Assembly (NCBI RefSeq): GCF_963921235.1
Contig: NC_086098.1
Coordinates: 2,232,001 to 2,296,000 of the forward strand
DNA length: 64,000 bases
Direction of reading: 5' to 3'
DNA from: Mobula hypostoma
Lineage: Eukaryota
Shown here: positions 1 through 12,278 of the stretch, piece after piece
How positions within the stretch are numbered: the first letter of the stretch is position 1
Layout of the letters: each line of letters opens with the position of its first letter
Notes under the pieces: generated by a model
Database searches by the model: none
Seen by the model: only the letters and a program-made list of their open reading frames with translations
What the model was told of the DNA's origin: nothing
Made by a program: the position numbers and the translations under genes

Positions 1-170
1 GTGCCACGCCCCCCCCTCTTTTGCCTCCCTCCCTGTCCTTTCTGAAACATCTAAAGCCTGGCACTCTAATCAACCATTCCTGCCCCTGAGCCATCCAAGT
101 CTCTATAATGGCCACAACACAATAGCTCCAAGTACTGATCCACGCTGTAAGCTCATCCACTTTGTTCATT
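1..170 (-). mobile_element. CR1 LINE ORF2 endonuclease (APE) fragment, runs off window edge
   Basis: Minus strand reads NKVDELTAWISTWSYCVVAIIETWMAQGQEW...RKDREGGKRGGGVA, closely matching the EN region of the CR1 at 38855-39274. Confidence 0.85.
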
Positions 171-734
171 GAGGTTCTGTGAAGATGCTGCTATTTAGAT
201 GGCTGAGTAGCCAATCCCACTGAAGAATTTTTCAGGTAATGGCACTGAAAAGTAAAGACAGATTTTTTTCACTAATATTTTTACCATTTTGTATGGTTTA
301 ACATGATGATTCAATTCAATTCGCTTTTCATTGAATATTGAAACACGCAGTGAAACATGTTATGTGTCAATGACCAATGCAGACCTGGAGACAGGTACAA
401 GTGACAGTATGCTTCCAGCACCAAAATAGCATGCCCACAACTTGCTAACTCTAACTCATACGTCTTCGGAATGTTCAAAGGTCAAGGTATATTTATTATC
501 AAAGTATACATAACGATTTACAGAAAAAAACAAAGAAACACAATGGAATCCATGAAAAACCCCATGCACCAAAGACCACGTGACAAATGCCTTCCTCCTA
601 TCTTTATCCCTTAGGTTTTAAGACAGACAGTTCTATGAAACATTGCAAATGATAAAAAGTATCTGGGTTTTGCAATAATAACCAAGATCTGGCCTTTTTC
701 AGCTGGAATCATAAGAACATAAAACAGTAAAACA

Positions 735-1427
735 TGGAGTCATAGGTTACTACAGCGCAGAAAAAGGCCCTTCAGCTCATCTAGTCTGTGCCGAAATAGT
801 CCGTACTTAGCCAAATTTCTCTTCAATGTTGAAACTGAACCAACATCCACCACTTCCACTGGCAGCTCATTCCACACTTCCACCACTCTGTGAGTGAAGA
901 AGTTTCCCCTCATGTTTCCTTTAAACTTTTCACCTTTCACCCTTAACCCATGACGTCCCAATGTAGTCTCATCCAACCTCAGTGGAAAAAGCCTGTTTGC
1001 ATTTACCCTATCCATACCCCTCATAATTTTGTATACCTCTATCAAATTTCCATCAATCTTCCTTGTTTTAGTGAATAAAGTCCAAACCTTTTCAATGTTT
1101 CACTATAACTCAGATCCTTCAGTCCTGGCAACACCCTTGTAAATTTTCTGTACTCTTTCTGTCTTATTTACATGTTTCCTGTTGTTAGGTAACCAAAACT
1201 GCACACAATACTCCAAAATGGGCCTCACCAACATCTTATACAACTTCAACGAAGGAGCCATTCAGCTCATCAAGTCTGCTCCGCCATTAAATCATGGCTG
1301 ATTTACAGGTATTACCCCTCTTAACCCCTTTCTCCTGCGTTCTCTCAGTAGCCTTTGATGTCCGGACTAATCAAGAACCTATCAACCTCTGTTTTAAATA
1401 TACTCAATGAGCTGGCCTCCACAGCCG
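735..1427 (-). mobile_element. Two adjacent CR1 LINE 3' fragments
   Basis: ORF 740-1045 IEVYKIMRGMDRV...FFTHRVVEVWNELP is the CR1 ORF2 C-terminus; second CR1 3' UTR from about 1250. Confidence 0.85.
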
Positions 1428-2063
1428 AGTCATATTTGGTCGTCTTCAGGAACGTCACCAATCAGTACTTCCCTGAACAGTTTTGGAAGAGGTTAGCAAA
1501 TTCAATAATATTGGACTTAACATTCTTTCAGCTGACAGTATAATGGTTTCAGAAATAATTGCAATCAATCTTCACCATGTAAATTTTAAAAGGATAATAA
1601 ATTAGCCATAAGTACTTTTACATGAGTCTAAATTGCAGGACAATGAAAATTATAAATTATAATAGCTTCTATACAAAGATGGATTAGAAAGGCCATTTGA
1701 AAACTAGAGGCAGAAGACAGCATTAACTCCTTTGAGGTGAATAACACATTCACATTGAGTAATGCAGTAAGATTCTCTCATTTTGGAAAATCAGAGATTA
1801 TTTAAATATAAATGCTTATTTGAATACATGTCCGTAAGTGTTCCAACCGTATAATATGCAACATTTGAATGCCATTAATGCAAACGAAAAGTGCTGTAAC
1901 TAGTCACATTTAGCACAGTAAGTATTTAACTTTGAAATAAGTGTTCAATTTTGGGATGCAATTTAGGAAGCCTTGGGGACAAAGAAGTCGAAGAAGTAAC
2001 CAATTAAGACTCGCAGATAATTTCACATATATGCACATATTTGCAACTGCAACAGTAACACTC

Positions 2064-2185
2064 ATAGATGCTGGAAATTCAGAGCAATGCACACAAAATG
2101 CTGGAGGAGCTCAGCAGGTCCGGCTGCTTCTATGAAAATGAATAAACAGTTGACGTTTTGGGCCGGAACCCATCACCAGGACTGG
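2064..2185 (-). mobile_element. Penelope-like pLTR fragment with degenerate hammerhead motif
   Basis: Matches the recurrent AGATGCTGGAAAT..GCAACACAC..AAATGCTGGAGGAACTCAGC unit; minus strand CAGTC-CTGGTGA-TGGGTTCCGGCCC-AAAA-CGTC-AACTG at 2147-2184. Confidence 0.75.
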
Positions 2186-2314
2186 ATCTTGGATATCTTG
2201 TTTTGTGCAGTATCTTTAGCACAGGAGGCATTTCACACAGATACAATTAAATATAAATGCATGTTTAACCAAAAAAGTCATTAAGAGAACAGATTAACAA
2301 TTCAGTCAGAGAAG

Positions 2315-2746
2315 TACACTCAGCAGCCACATTATGAGGTCCCTCCAGTACCTAATAAAGTGGCCACTGAGTGTGTGTTCATGTCTTCTGCTGCTGTAGC
2401 CCATCCACTTCAAAGTTCAATGTGTTGTGCATTCAAAGGTGCTCTTCTGCACACCATTGTTGTAATGTGTGGTTATTTGAGTTACTGTCGCCTTCCTGTC
2501 AGCTTGAACCAGTCTGGCCATCCTCCTCTGACGTCTCTCATTAACGAAGTGGTATTATCCACAGAACTGCTGTTCACTGGATGTCTTCTTGTTTCTCGCA
2601 CCATTCTCTGCAAACTCCAGAGCCTGTGGTGCATGACAATCCCAGGAGATCAGCAGTTTCTGAGATACTCAAACTACCCTGACTGGTACCAACAATCATT
2701 CCATGATCAAAGTCACTTAGATCACATATTTGGTCTGAATAACAAC
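2315..2746 (-). mobile_element. Tc1-like DNA transposon remnant (non-autonomous)
   Basis: Begins TACACTCAG; ORF 2574-2801 contains DLSDFDHGMIVGTSQGSLSISETADLLGLS..VCREWCEKQ, resembling the Tc1 transposase N-terminal HTH; second copy at 63197-63488. Confidence 0.8.
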
Positions 2747-5700
2747 TTAAGAAAGAAATCAGGAAGGCTAAAGGAAGGCATAAAGTTACCTTAGCAGACA
2801 CACTGAAGGAGAATCCTAAGGGATTCTACAGATATATTAAAAAACTAAAAGGATTGCAAGGGACAAAATTGGTCCTTTGGGAGATCAGAATGGTAATCCA
2901 TATGTGGAGCCAAAAGAGAAGAGGGAGATCTTTATCATTAGTTTTTGCATCTGTATTTACTCAAGAGATGGACACAAAGCCTATCGAAGTAAGGCCAAAG
3001 GCATCAACTTCTTGAACTCTATACAGATTACAAAGGAGGGGGTGCTTACTATCCTGAGGCAGATCAGGGTGGATAAATCCATAGGGCCTGCCTGGGTGTT
3101 TCTCTGGAGCCTGTGGAAGCCAATTGCAGAGATGGCCGGGGTTCTAGCAGAGAAATTTAAATCATCCTTTGCAACAGGTGAGGTACCAGAGGATCAGAAG
3201 ATAGCCAATGTTGTTCCACTGTTTAAGAAAGGCTCTAAAAATAAACCAGGAGATTATAGGCAAGTGGGCCTGACGTCAGTAGTGGGAAGGTATTCTGAGG
3301 GACTGGATATATGAGTATTTGGATAGACATGGATTGTTCAAGGATAGTCAGCATGGTTTCACAGATAGTAAATTATGTATAACCAATTTTACAGAGATTT
3401 GAGGAATTTATCAGCAAAGTTGATGAAGGAAATGCGGTGGATGTTGGTCACATGGACTTCAGTAAGGCATTTGACAAGGTCTCGCATAGGAGGTTAGTCA
3501 AGAGGGTTTAGTCGCTCATCATTCAATGTGAGGTAGTAAATTGGTTTAGACATTGGATTTGTGGGAGAAGCCAGAGAGTGGTAGGAGAGGGTTGCCCCTC
3601 TGACAGGAGGCCTGTGACTAGTACAGTGCCGCAAAGATCAGTGTGGGGCCCTTTATTGCTTTCAACGATCTGGATGATAATGTGGTTAGCTGGATCAGCA
3701 GATTTGTGGATGACAGCAAGGTAATGGGTGAAGTGGACAGCGAGTAAGACTTCCAGTTGGACCAGCTGGAAAAATGGACCAAAAAATGGCAGATGGAATT
3801 TAATACAGACGAGTGTGAAGTGTTCTGTAAGACCAAACGACCAAACATGCTAGGTCCTACAGAGACCTACCAGTGACTGGCTGCCAGTGACTAGTGCTAT
3901 TCCTCAAGGGAAAGATACTGGCATCAATAGTGGAATGGCTGATAATCAGGAGGCAGAAAGTGGGAATAAAAGGAGCCTTTTCTGGTTGGCTGCCGGTGAC
4001 TAGTGGTGTTCCTCAGGGGTCAGTATTAGGACCGCTACTTTTTACATTGTTTTTCCGTGATTTAGATAATGGAATCGATGGCTTTGTGGCAAAGTTTATG
4101 GATGATACGAAGATAGGTGGAGGGGTAGGTTGTGCTGAGGAAGCAATGTGATTGCAGCAGGACTTAGATAAATTGGAAGAATGGACAAAAAAGTGGCAGA
4201 TGGAATACAGAGTTGGGAAATGTATGATAATGCATTTTGGTAAAAGGAAAAATAGTGTGAACTATTATCTAAATGAGGAAAAGGTTCAAACATTAAAGGT
4301 GCAGAGGGACTTAGGAGTCCCTGTGCAAGACTCCCAGAAGGTTAATTTACAGATTAGTCAGATCACACTTGGAGTATTGTCAACAGTTTTGGGCCCTATA
4401 TCTCAGAATGGATGTGTTGTCATTGGAAAGAGTCCAAAGGAGGTTCACAGGGATGATTCCGTTAACATATGAGGAGCGTTTGGCAGCTTTGGGCCTGTAC
4501 TGACTGGAATTTACAAGAATGCGGGGGGGAGGATCTTATTGAAACCTATCAACTGTTGAAAGGACAAGATAGGAAACATTCTCTCACATCCACCCTATGG
4601 TGGAGTAACTAAAACTAGAGGGCACAGCCTCAAAATTGCAGGGTAACCTTTTAGAAAACAGGCAAGGAGAATTTTTTTTTTAGCCAGAGAGTTGTGAATC
4701 TGTGGAATGCTCTGCCACAGACAGCTGTGGAGACCAAGACTATGGGTATATTTAAGGCAGAAGTAGATAGTTTCCTGATTGGTCAGGGCATCAAAGGATA
4801 TGGCGAGAAAGCAGATGTATCAGGTTGAGTGGGATCCAGGATCAGCTATAATGGAACGATGGAGCAGACTCGATGGGTTGAAAGGCCTAATTCTTCTCCT
4901 ATGTCTTATGGTGTTATACTGAAATGGTAGGGGCAGGGTACTGAGGAGTGTGATAGAAAAAAAAGATATGGGAATACAGGTCCATAATTTATTGAAAGTG
5001 GTCATAGAGAAACCTTTTGACTATAACTAGAGGTCAATGAGTTAAGGGTGAAAGGTGAAAAGTTTAAGGGGAGCATGAGGAGAAACATTTTCACTCAGAG
5101 GGTCATGAGAGTGTGGAACGAGCTACTGGTGCAAGTGAGCTTGATTTCAATGTTGACGAGAAGTTTGGATAGGTATATGGATGGTAGCAGTATGTGGGGC
5201 TATGGTCTTGGTGCAGGTTGATGGAAATAGGCAGCTTAAATGGTTCGACATGGGTGAAGGGGGGACCTTTCTATGACTCTACAACTCGGACACAGAACTG
5301 ATTCCATAACCTACGGACCCACTTTCAACGACTCTATAAATCATGCTCTCGATGCCTCTTATGTTATATGTCAATGCTTTGGATGATGGAATTGATGGCT
5401 TTGTTGCAAAGTTTGCAGATGATATGAAGATAGGTGTAGAGGCAGGTAATTTTGTGGAATGGAGAGGCTACAGAAGGATTTAGACAGATTAGGAGAGTGG
5501 GCAAAGCAATGGCAGATGAAATACAGTGTTCTCATATATATGATTATGCACATAGAAGAAATTAAATGGTTGACTATTTTCTAAATGGAGAGAAAATACA
5601 AAAACTGAGGTGCAAATGGAATTGGGAGTCCCTGTGCAGGATTCTCTAAAGGTTAACTTGCAGACTGAGTCTGTGGTGAGGAAGGCAAATGCAATGTTAG

Positions 5701-6275
5701 CATTCATTCAAGAGGGCTAGAATATAATTGTAAGGATGTAATTTTGAGACTTTATAAAGCACTGATGACGCCTCACTTGAAGTATTGTGAGTAGGTTTGG
5801 GACTCTTATTATAGAAAGGATGCACTGAAACTGGAAAGAGTTCCAAGAAAGTGATACCAGGACTGAATAGCTTATCATATGAAGAGCGTTTGATGGCTCT
5901 GGGCCTGTATTCACTGAATTTCAGAAGAATGAGGGGTGACCTCATTGAAGTGTATTGAATGGTTAAAGTCCTTGAAAGAGTTGAAGTTGAGAGGATGTTT
6001 CCTATGGCGGGAGAGCCCAGGTGACACAGCCGCAGAATAGAGGGCTGTTCTTTTAGAACAGAGGTGAGGAGGAATTTCATTAGCCAGAAAATTGAGTATC
6101 TGTGAAATTCTTTGCCACAGGCAGCTGTGGTGGTCGAGACTTTATAACATATAGGTTCTTGATTAGTCAGGGTATGAAGGCATATGAGGAGAAGGCAGGA
6201 GATTGGGGCTGAGAGGAAAGATGGATCAGTCACAATGGGCCAAATGGCCTAATTCTGCTCCTATATCTTATGGTC
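2747..6275 (+). mobile_element. Cluster of decayed CR1 LINE fragments (RT domain and 3' ends)
   Basis: ORFs with [49 protein letters not shown]; several CR1 3' UTRs; many stops and frameshifts. Confidence 0.9.
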
Positions 6276-6289
6276 GTATCGTCCAATGA

Positions 6290-6318
6290 ATGTCTGTCTG
6301 TCTGTCTGTCTGTCTGTG

Positions 6319-6349
<31 letters not shown>

Positions 6350-6400
6350 TGATATATCTTTCTGTCTACCTCTCTCAGTCTATCTATCAGTCTATGTATA
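6290..6400. repeat. Compound microsatellite (TGTC)n(TC)n(TCTA)n
   Basis: Read directly. Confidence 0.9.
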
Positions 6401-6406
6401 TAAGAT

Positions 6407-6525
6407 TAACACAAGAGATTCTGCAGATGCTGGAATCCAGAGCAACACACACAAAATGCTGGAGGAACTCAGCAGATTAGGTAGCATCTACGGAAATGAA
6501 TAAGTCGATGTTTCAGGTTGAGAAC
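6407..6525 (-). mobile_element. Penelope-like pLTR 3' fragment
   Basis: AACACAAGAGATTCTGCAGATGCTGGAATCCAGAGCAACACACACAAAATGCTGGAGGAACTCAGC; truncated inside the hammerhead region. Confidence 0.75.
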
Positions 6526-7671
6526 CATATGATAGTTACTTGTACATTGTGTTTTATAGGAAAGTTTTTATATTTATATTTATTATCTTCTTTATGCTTA
6601 TTGTGTTTTTTTGTGCTGCATCAGATCCAGATTAACAATCATTTCATTCTCCTTTACTCTCTGTATTGAAGAATGACAATAAACAATCTTCAATCTTGAA
6701 TCTTAAATCTATTTAGTCACATCAGTAATTTTACCAACAATAATTGAAAGTAATTGTAGTATGACAGAAGTTTAAATTTTCTTATGGCATGAGAAACTTT
6801 TCTACAGAGAGGAAGGTGAGCGTATGGAATGAGCTGCCAGCACGAGTGGCGGATACGATTTTGATTTTGTTATTTAAAGAAGCTTGGATGGCAGAGGCAT
6901 GGAGGGCTGTGGTCCAGGTGCAGGTCAATGGTAGTATGCAGATTAAATAGTTCTAGATGGGCCAAAGGGCCTGTTTCTGTGCAGTACTTTTCTATGCTTC
7001 TTACTGCTTGGTTAGTGGACGTTCTGTCGTGAATGTGGCTGAACAGATCTTAAATTTAGCCATCTCCTGAAATGTTTCTGATAGTTTCTCAACTGAATTA
7101 GCTTTGCATTCTCAACAAATCTGTAAAATGAGGTCATTGTCACAAAATAGAATCTCTTTGTATTTTTGCAAAACTATGTTTAATTATCCTCTTTGGTCAT
7201 TCCACAGAATGAATGATTGTAAGTGTAGCCAAGCGGTCGAGGTGAATGTAAGGATGCTTCATATTCAAGTTCTATGATTTTGTGCATGGTCAGAAATCAG
7301 TGCCCAGACATGGACAAGAATTCCATCAGTATTCTCTAATGAGGCAGATCAGAAAGAAATGGAAACAGCAGGGCATCCAGATTTACCAGGCAATCAGGGT
7401 GAGGGAAGGAAGCTTCTTCTCAGAATGTGGTGTGCTTACTGCAACATCAAACTCCAGGCCACATTGCATCATCTTTAGTAAAGGAATGATTGATTTATGT
7501 GGCATTTTTAAGGAAGCATTCTGTCCCACAGAAAAATATATCCCCTTTCCATGTTGAAACAATAGCACAAAGATATTTTTCTTTCTGATTTTGATGATAT
7601 ATTGACATGCCCTCTATTACCATTTATTTACTTTTTGTCATTAACGGTAATTTTAATGTTCTGCACGATAC

Positions 7672-7975
7672 TGCTGCACGTTGGCATAGCAGTTGGTTGA
7701 ATTGCAGTCACTGATTGGGGTTTGATTTCTACTGTTGTCTGTAAGGATTTTGTACGTTCTCCCTGAGATGGTGAGGATTCCCTTCAGGTGCTCTGTTTCC
7801 CTCCCACGTTCCAAAGGCGGATGGATGAGGGTTAGTGAGGAGCCGGAAATGTGGCGACACGTAGTCTATCCCCAGCGTAACCCTTGCTGATTTCGTTCAA
7901 CGCTAGTGACCCATTTCAATGTTTCGATGTACATGTGACAGATGAACCTCATCTTTCTTTTGTCTTTATCTTTAC
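7672..7975 (+). mobile_element. V-SINE (tRNA-derived), decayed
   Basis: V-domain-like TTTGTACGTTCTCCC...GGTGCTCTGTTTCCCTCCCAC; tail TGTTTCGATGTACATGTGACAGATGAA. Confidence 0.7.
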
Positions 7976-8214
7976 ATTTAATGACATATGTTTGAAAAAA
8001 TCAACCTGCTTCTGATACTAATAAAATACCAGACAAACCAGGGATGAAAATCTATAATCATATGCTATATCTTCAATCTAAGAACAACACCTCTAAATTA
8101 CCTAGTATCATGTCATCAACATTCTGTCTATATCACCGACGTCTCCATTAATGTTACCTCATCAGAATTAGACCTGCATTGAATGATTCTGTTAAAGTTG
8201 TTACTTTTCAAATG

Positions 8215-8585
8215 CTCCAGAATTATATAAACCGATTGAGGGGAGATTGAGGTATACAAAATTATGAGTATAGATAAGTTAAATACAAGGCGGCTTTTTC
8301 CACTGAGGTTGGGAGAGATGACACCTAGGGGTCATGGGTTAAGAGTGAAAGGTGAAATGTTTAGGGGGAGGATGAAGGGAAGCTTCTTCACTCAGAGGTT
8401 GTAGGATAAGCTGCCAGCACAAGTGATTCAACTTTTAAGCAAAGTTTGGATGGATACATGGATGGTAGGTGTATGGAGGACTTTGGCCCTGGTGCAGTTT
8501 TATGGGAACAGGCAGTTAAGTGGTTTGGATAGACTGGCTGGGCTGAAGGAGTTGCCTCTGTGCTGTACTTTTCTATGAATCTATG
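8215..8585 (+). mobile_element. CR1 LINE 3' fragment
   Basis: GAGGGGAGATTGAGGTATACAAAATTATGAG...CTTCTTCACTCAGAG...TGTGCTGTACTTTTCTATG. Confidence 0.8.
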
Positions 8586-8659
8586 GTGCAAACCATCTGC
8601 TCCTGACTGGCATGCAGAAAATGATATTTCTGCTTCAGTTTCTACTGTTGACCCAGTGA

Positions 8660-8912
8660 CTAGCTGTTTACTGTTTGGAGGTACAGCTCGGTAACAGGCC
8701 ATTCTGGCTAAGTGAGCTCGTGCTACCCAATTGCATCCATGTGACCAGTTAAGCTACTAACCTGGATATTTTGGGACTGTGGGAGGGAAGTGGAGCATCT
8801 GGAGAACACCCACGTGGTCACGTGGAGAACGTACAAACAAACTCCTTACGGGCACCGGTGGGAGTAGAACCCCAGATTGCGGGTGCTGTAGGAGCAATAC
8901 GCTAGGTGCTGC
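8660..8912 (-). mobile_element. V-SINE
   Basis: Reverse complement of the V-domain: GTGGGAGGGAAGTGGAGCATCTGGAGAACACCCACGTGGTCACGTGGAGAACGTACAAAC. Confidence 0.7.
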
Positions 8913-9291
8913 CCCGAGACTGAATTATATCCAGATGGTAAATCTCCAAATTTTGGCCAGGTCAAACACCCACTGTGTTTTCAGGACTGCAGTACTAGAA
9001 GAGGTAATAATATCCAGGCAATGGGTAGAGAACTAGAGCAGTGAACAGTATGACGGCTCAGGGATACGGAATTAATCTGAATTCACATTCAGAATCAGGA
9101 TTACGGTCATGACATAAATCGTGAAATTTGTTGTGTTGTGGCAGCAGTTAAAATGCAGCTATAACAAATTACTGTAAGATACAATCAGATAAATAAAATA
9201 ATAGCGAGGTGGTGTTTCCATGGTGACTTTCAATTTTGTGACTAAGGCTGTCCATCCCAAAATGGGCACACAAGACAAGAAACTGCAGATG

Positions 9292-10710
9292 CTGTGAGCT
9301 GGTACATCACCCAAGGTGCTGGAGCTCAGACTGGAAGCTGGTGCATCATCTACAGTGCTGGAGGAGATCAGACTGGGTGCTGGTGGATTGCCTAAGATGC
9401 TGGAGGAGATCGGACTGGGAGCTAGTGCATCACCTATGGTGCTGGAGGAGATCAGACTGAGAGCTGGTGCATCAACTATGGTGCTGGAGGAGATCGGACT
9501 GGGAGCTGGTGCATCAACTACAGTGCTGGAGGAGATCAGACTGGGAGCTGGTGCATCACCTACTGTGCTGGAGGAGATCAGACTGGGAGCTGGTGCATCA
9601 CCTACGCTGCTGGAGCTCAGACTGGGAGCTGGTGCATCGCCTAAGATGTTGGAGGAGATCAGACTGGGAGCTGGTGCATCACCTATGGTGCTGGAGGAGC
9701 TCACACTGGGAGCTGGTGCATCATCTACGGTGCTGGAGGAGATCAGACTGGGGGCTGGTGCATCACCTAAAGTGCTGGAGGAGATCGGACTGGGAGCTGG
9801 TGCATCATCTACAGTGCTGGAGGAGATCAGACTGGGGGCTGGTGCATCACCTACAGTGCTGGAGGAGATCGGACTGGGAGCTGGTGCATCATCTACAGTG
9901 CTGGAGGAGATCAGACTGGGAGCTGGTGCATCATCTATAGTGCTGGAGGAGATCAGACTGGGTGCTGGTGGATCGCCTACGGTGCTGGAGGAGATCAGAC
10001 TGGGTGCTGGTGGATCGCCTACGGTGCTGGAGGAGTTCACACTGGGAGCTGGTGCATCGCATAAGATGCTGGAGGAGATCGGACTGGGAGCTGGTGCATC
10101 ACCTATGGTGCTGGAGGAGATCGGACTGGGAGCTGGTGCATCGCCCACGGTGCTGGAGGAGATCAGACTGGGGGCTGGTGCATCATCTACGGTGCTGGAG
10201 GAGATCAGACTGGGAGCTGGTGCATCACCTACGGTGCTGGAGCTCAGACTGGGAGCTGGTGCATCATCTACAGTGCTGGAGGAGATCAGACTGGGGGCTG
10301 GTGCATCACCTACAGTGCTGGAGGAGATCGGACTGGGAGCTGGTGCATCGCCTAAGATGCTGGAGGAGATCAGACTGGGAGCTGGTGCATCATCTACAGT
10401 GCTGGAGGAGATCAGACTGGGAGCTGGTGCATCATCTATAGTGCTGGAGGAGATCAGACTGGGAGCTGGTGCATCATCTACAGTGCTGGAGGAGATCAGA
10501 CTGGGAGCTGGTGCATCGCCTACGGTGCTGGAGGAGATCGGACTGGGAGCTGGTGCATCGCCTAAGATGCTGGAGGAGATCAGACTGGGAGCTGGTGCAT
10601 CATCTACGGTGCTGGAGGAGATCAGACTGGGAACTGGTGCATCGCCTAAGATGCTGGAGGAGATCAGACTGGGAGCTGGTGCATCACCTACAGTGCTGGA
10701 GGAGATCAGC
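9292..10710. repeat. 42-bp minisatellite, 34 units (31 x 42 bp plus 3 x 39 bp)
   Basis: Consensus CTGGGAGCTGGTGCATCACCTACAGTGCTGGAGGAGATCAGA; units counted from the + ORF (LGAGASPTVLEEIR)n; 9331-10710 = 33 x 42 - 6 bp, plus a first 39-bp unit at 9292. Confidence 0.97.
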
Positions 10711-10764
10711 AGCCTTCCACAGCATCCAGTGTGTTGCACGCAAAGATAAGGAATGGCTTGTGCC

Positions 10765-11015
10765 TCCTGGTGCGATAGAGTAGAATAATGCTTTCCAGTG
10801 CCAGTGACCCGCATTCAATTCCTACTGCTGTCTGTAAGGAGTTTGTACGTTCTCACCGTGCTGTGGGGGTTTCCTCTGGGTGCTCTGCTTTCCTCCCACA
10901 TTCTGAAGACATATTGGTTAGTAGATTAATTGGTCACTGGGGTGTAACTGGGCTGAGTGGGCATTTGGTCCAGAACAGTCAGTTACCCTGGTGTACCTTT
11001 AAATAAATAAATAAA
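10765..11015 (+). mobile_element. V-SINE with CR1-like tail
   Basis: B-box-like CATTCAATTCC, V-domain GTAAGGAGTTTGTACGTTCTCACCGTG...TTTCCTCCCACATTC, (AAAT)n tail. Confidence 0.75.
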
Positions 11016-11431
11016 CTCCACAGGTTTAGGCTGGCATTGATGTAATTAATTGCTAATCACAGATGAATATTGATGAATTCTATTCAATTGATTTAAAAAA
11101 AAGTGTCAGGTAAAACTGGATGTTTTGTTAAAGTTAATTCATGTCTATCAAGTGACGTCATACAGTCAGAAAGCAAATTAGCATGGACACAGGAGCTTCG
11201 GCAGAACGAGTCCACGCTCATCATCACAACTGGGGAAGAAGTGGGTAGAGCCAGAATAAGAGTTTCTGATCAGATTCCATCTTCTTCACACTTTTGCCTC
11301 TTTTACCCATCACGTCCCAGCTTCTCACCGTATTCCTACTACCCCCCCCCGTCACCTCCCCCCCTCACCTGGACTCACCTATCACGTGCTATCTTGTGAT
11401 CAAAGTTCAAAGTAAGAAATTTATTATCAGA

Positions 11432-12278
11432 GTACACAGAGGAGATGTCAGGGGTAAGTTTTTTACTCAGAGAGTGGTGAGTGCGTGGAATGGGCTGCCG
11501 GCAAAGGTGGTGGAGGCAGATATGATAGGGAATTTTAAGAGACTCCTGGATAGGTACATGGAACTTAGAAAAATAGAGGACTATGGGTAACCCTAGGTAA
11601 AGTGACACCCTGTAAGGTTTTACTGCTAATGTAATGGTCTTTCTGTTCTGTTTCACTGCTAATGTAATGGTTTCTCTGTAGCAACAATGTTTGGGTTATG
11701 ACTAGATATAACGGGGCTTTGGAACGTGCGTTACCCAATGAGAGACATGTTGTTCTTTTTTGTGGGTCTGGGAGCAGGGATTTCGCGGTTTTTTGTCGGT
11801 GACAGATGAGGAGAGAAGACGCGAATGGAGAGAGTTGGTACACCGCTGGACGGAGTGGACTTGGACCGAGGGTATGAGGGTCGGCGACGCTCGGAGGAGG
11901 TCGAGAGGAAGCCAGTGAACGGAACTGTGAGCGCCAACGTTGCACATTAGACTGTTTCATGAGAACGGGCCCTTCTCCTTTTTTGTTTCTTTACTAACCA
12001 TACAGTCAAATTAAGAATTATAAAGCCCAGTGGTTTAATTGCATATTGTGTACTGTTTGTTATTTCGTGCTATTGATTTGTAACAGGGGACACCACGCAG
12101 CATCTACCCAAACAAGATTTCTTAAGTTTGGGTGGGCCCGAGGGCTGTCTTCCCCTAGATTAAGCAGGTAGCCGAACCAAGAGTTACAGTAATCTCTAAA
12201 GTAAGTACATGTATGGCACAGCATTGTGGGCTGAAGGGACTGTATTGTGCTGTAGGCTTTCTATGTTTCTATGTTCTT
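11432..12278 (+). mobile_element. CR1 3' end split by a solo LTR
   Basis: RGDVRGKFFTQRVVSAWNGLP...YG* then 3' UTR broken at 11600 and resuming at 12193 to a TTCTATG tail. Confidence 0.85.
11601..12188 (+). mobile_element. Solo LTR (588 bp), Gypsy/ERV-like
   Basis: TSD GTAA (11597-11600 and 12189-12192); ends AGTGAC...GTTACA (5' TG altered); TATA-like GATATAA near 11705; host CR1 colinear across it. Confidence 0.8.

Noticed and set aside
191..262. Minus-strand terminal exon after TCTGTCTTTACTTTTCAG
   Set aside because: Only short unrecognisable peptides; no upstream exon found
7282..7557. 91-aa ORF in unique DNA
   Set aside because: Non-ATG start, no motif, length compatible with chance
9292..10710. 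CRISPR-like array
   Set aside because: The variable part is a few recurring substitutions, not unique spacers; no cas genes; eukaryotic TE context
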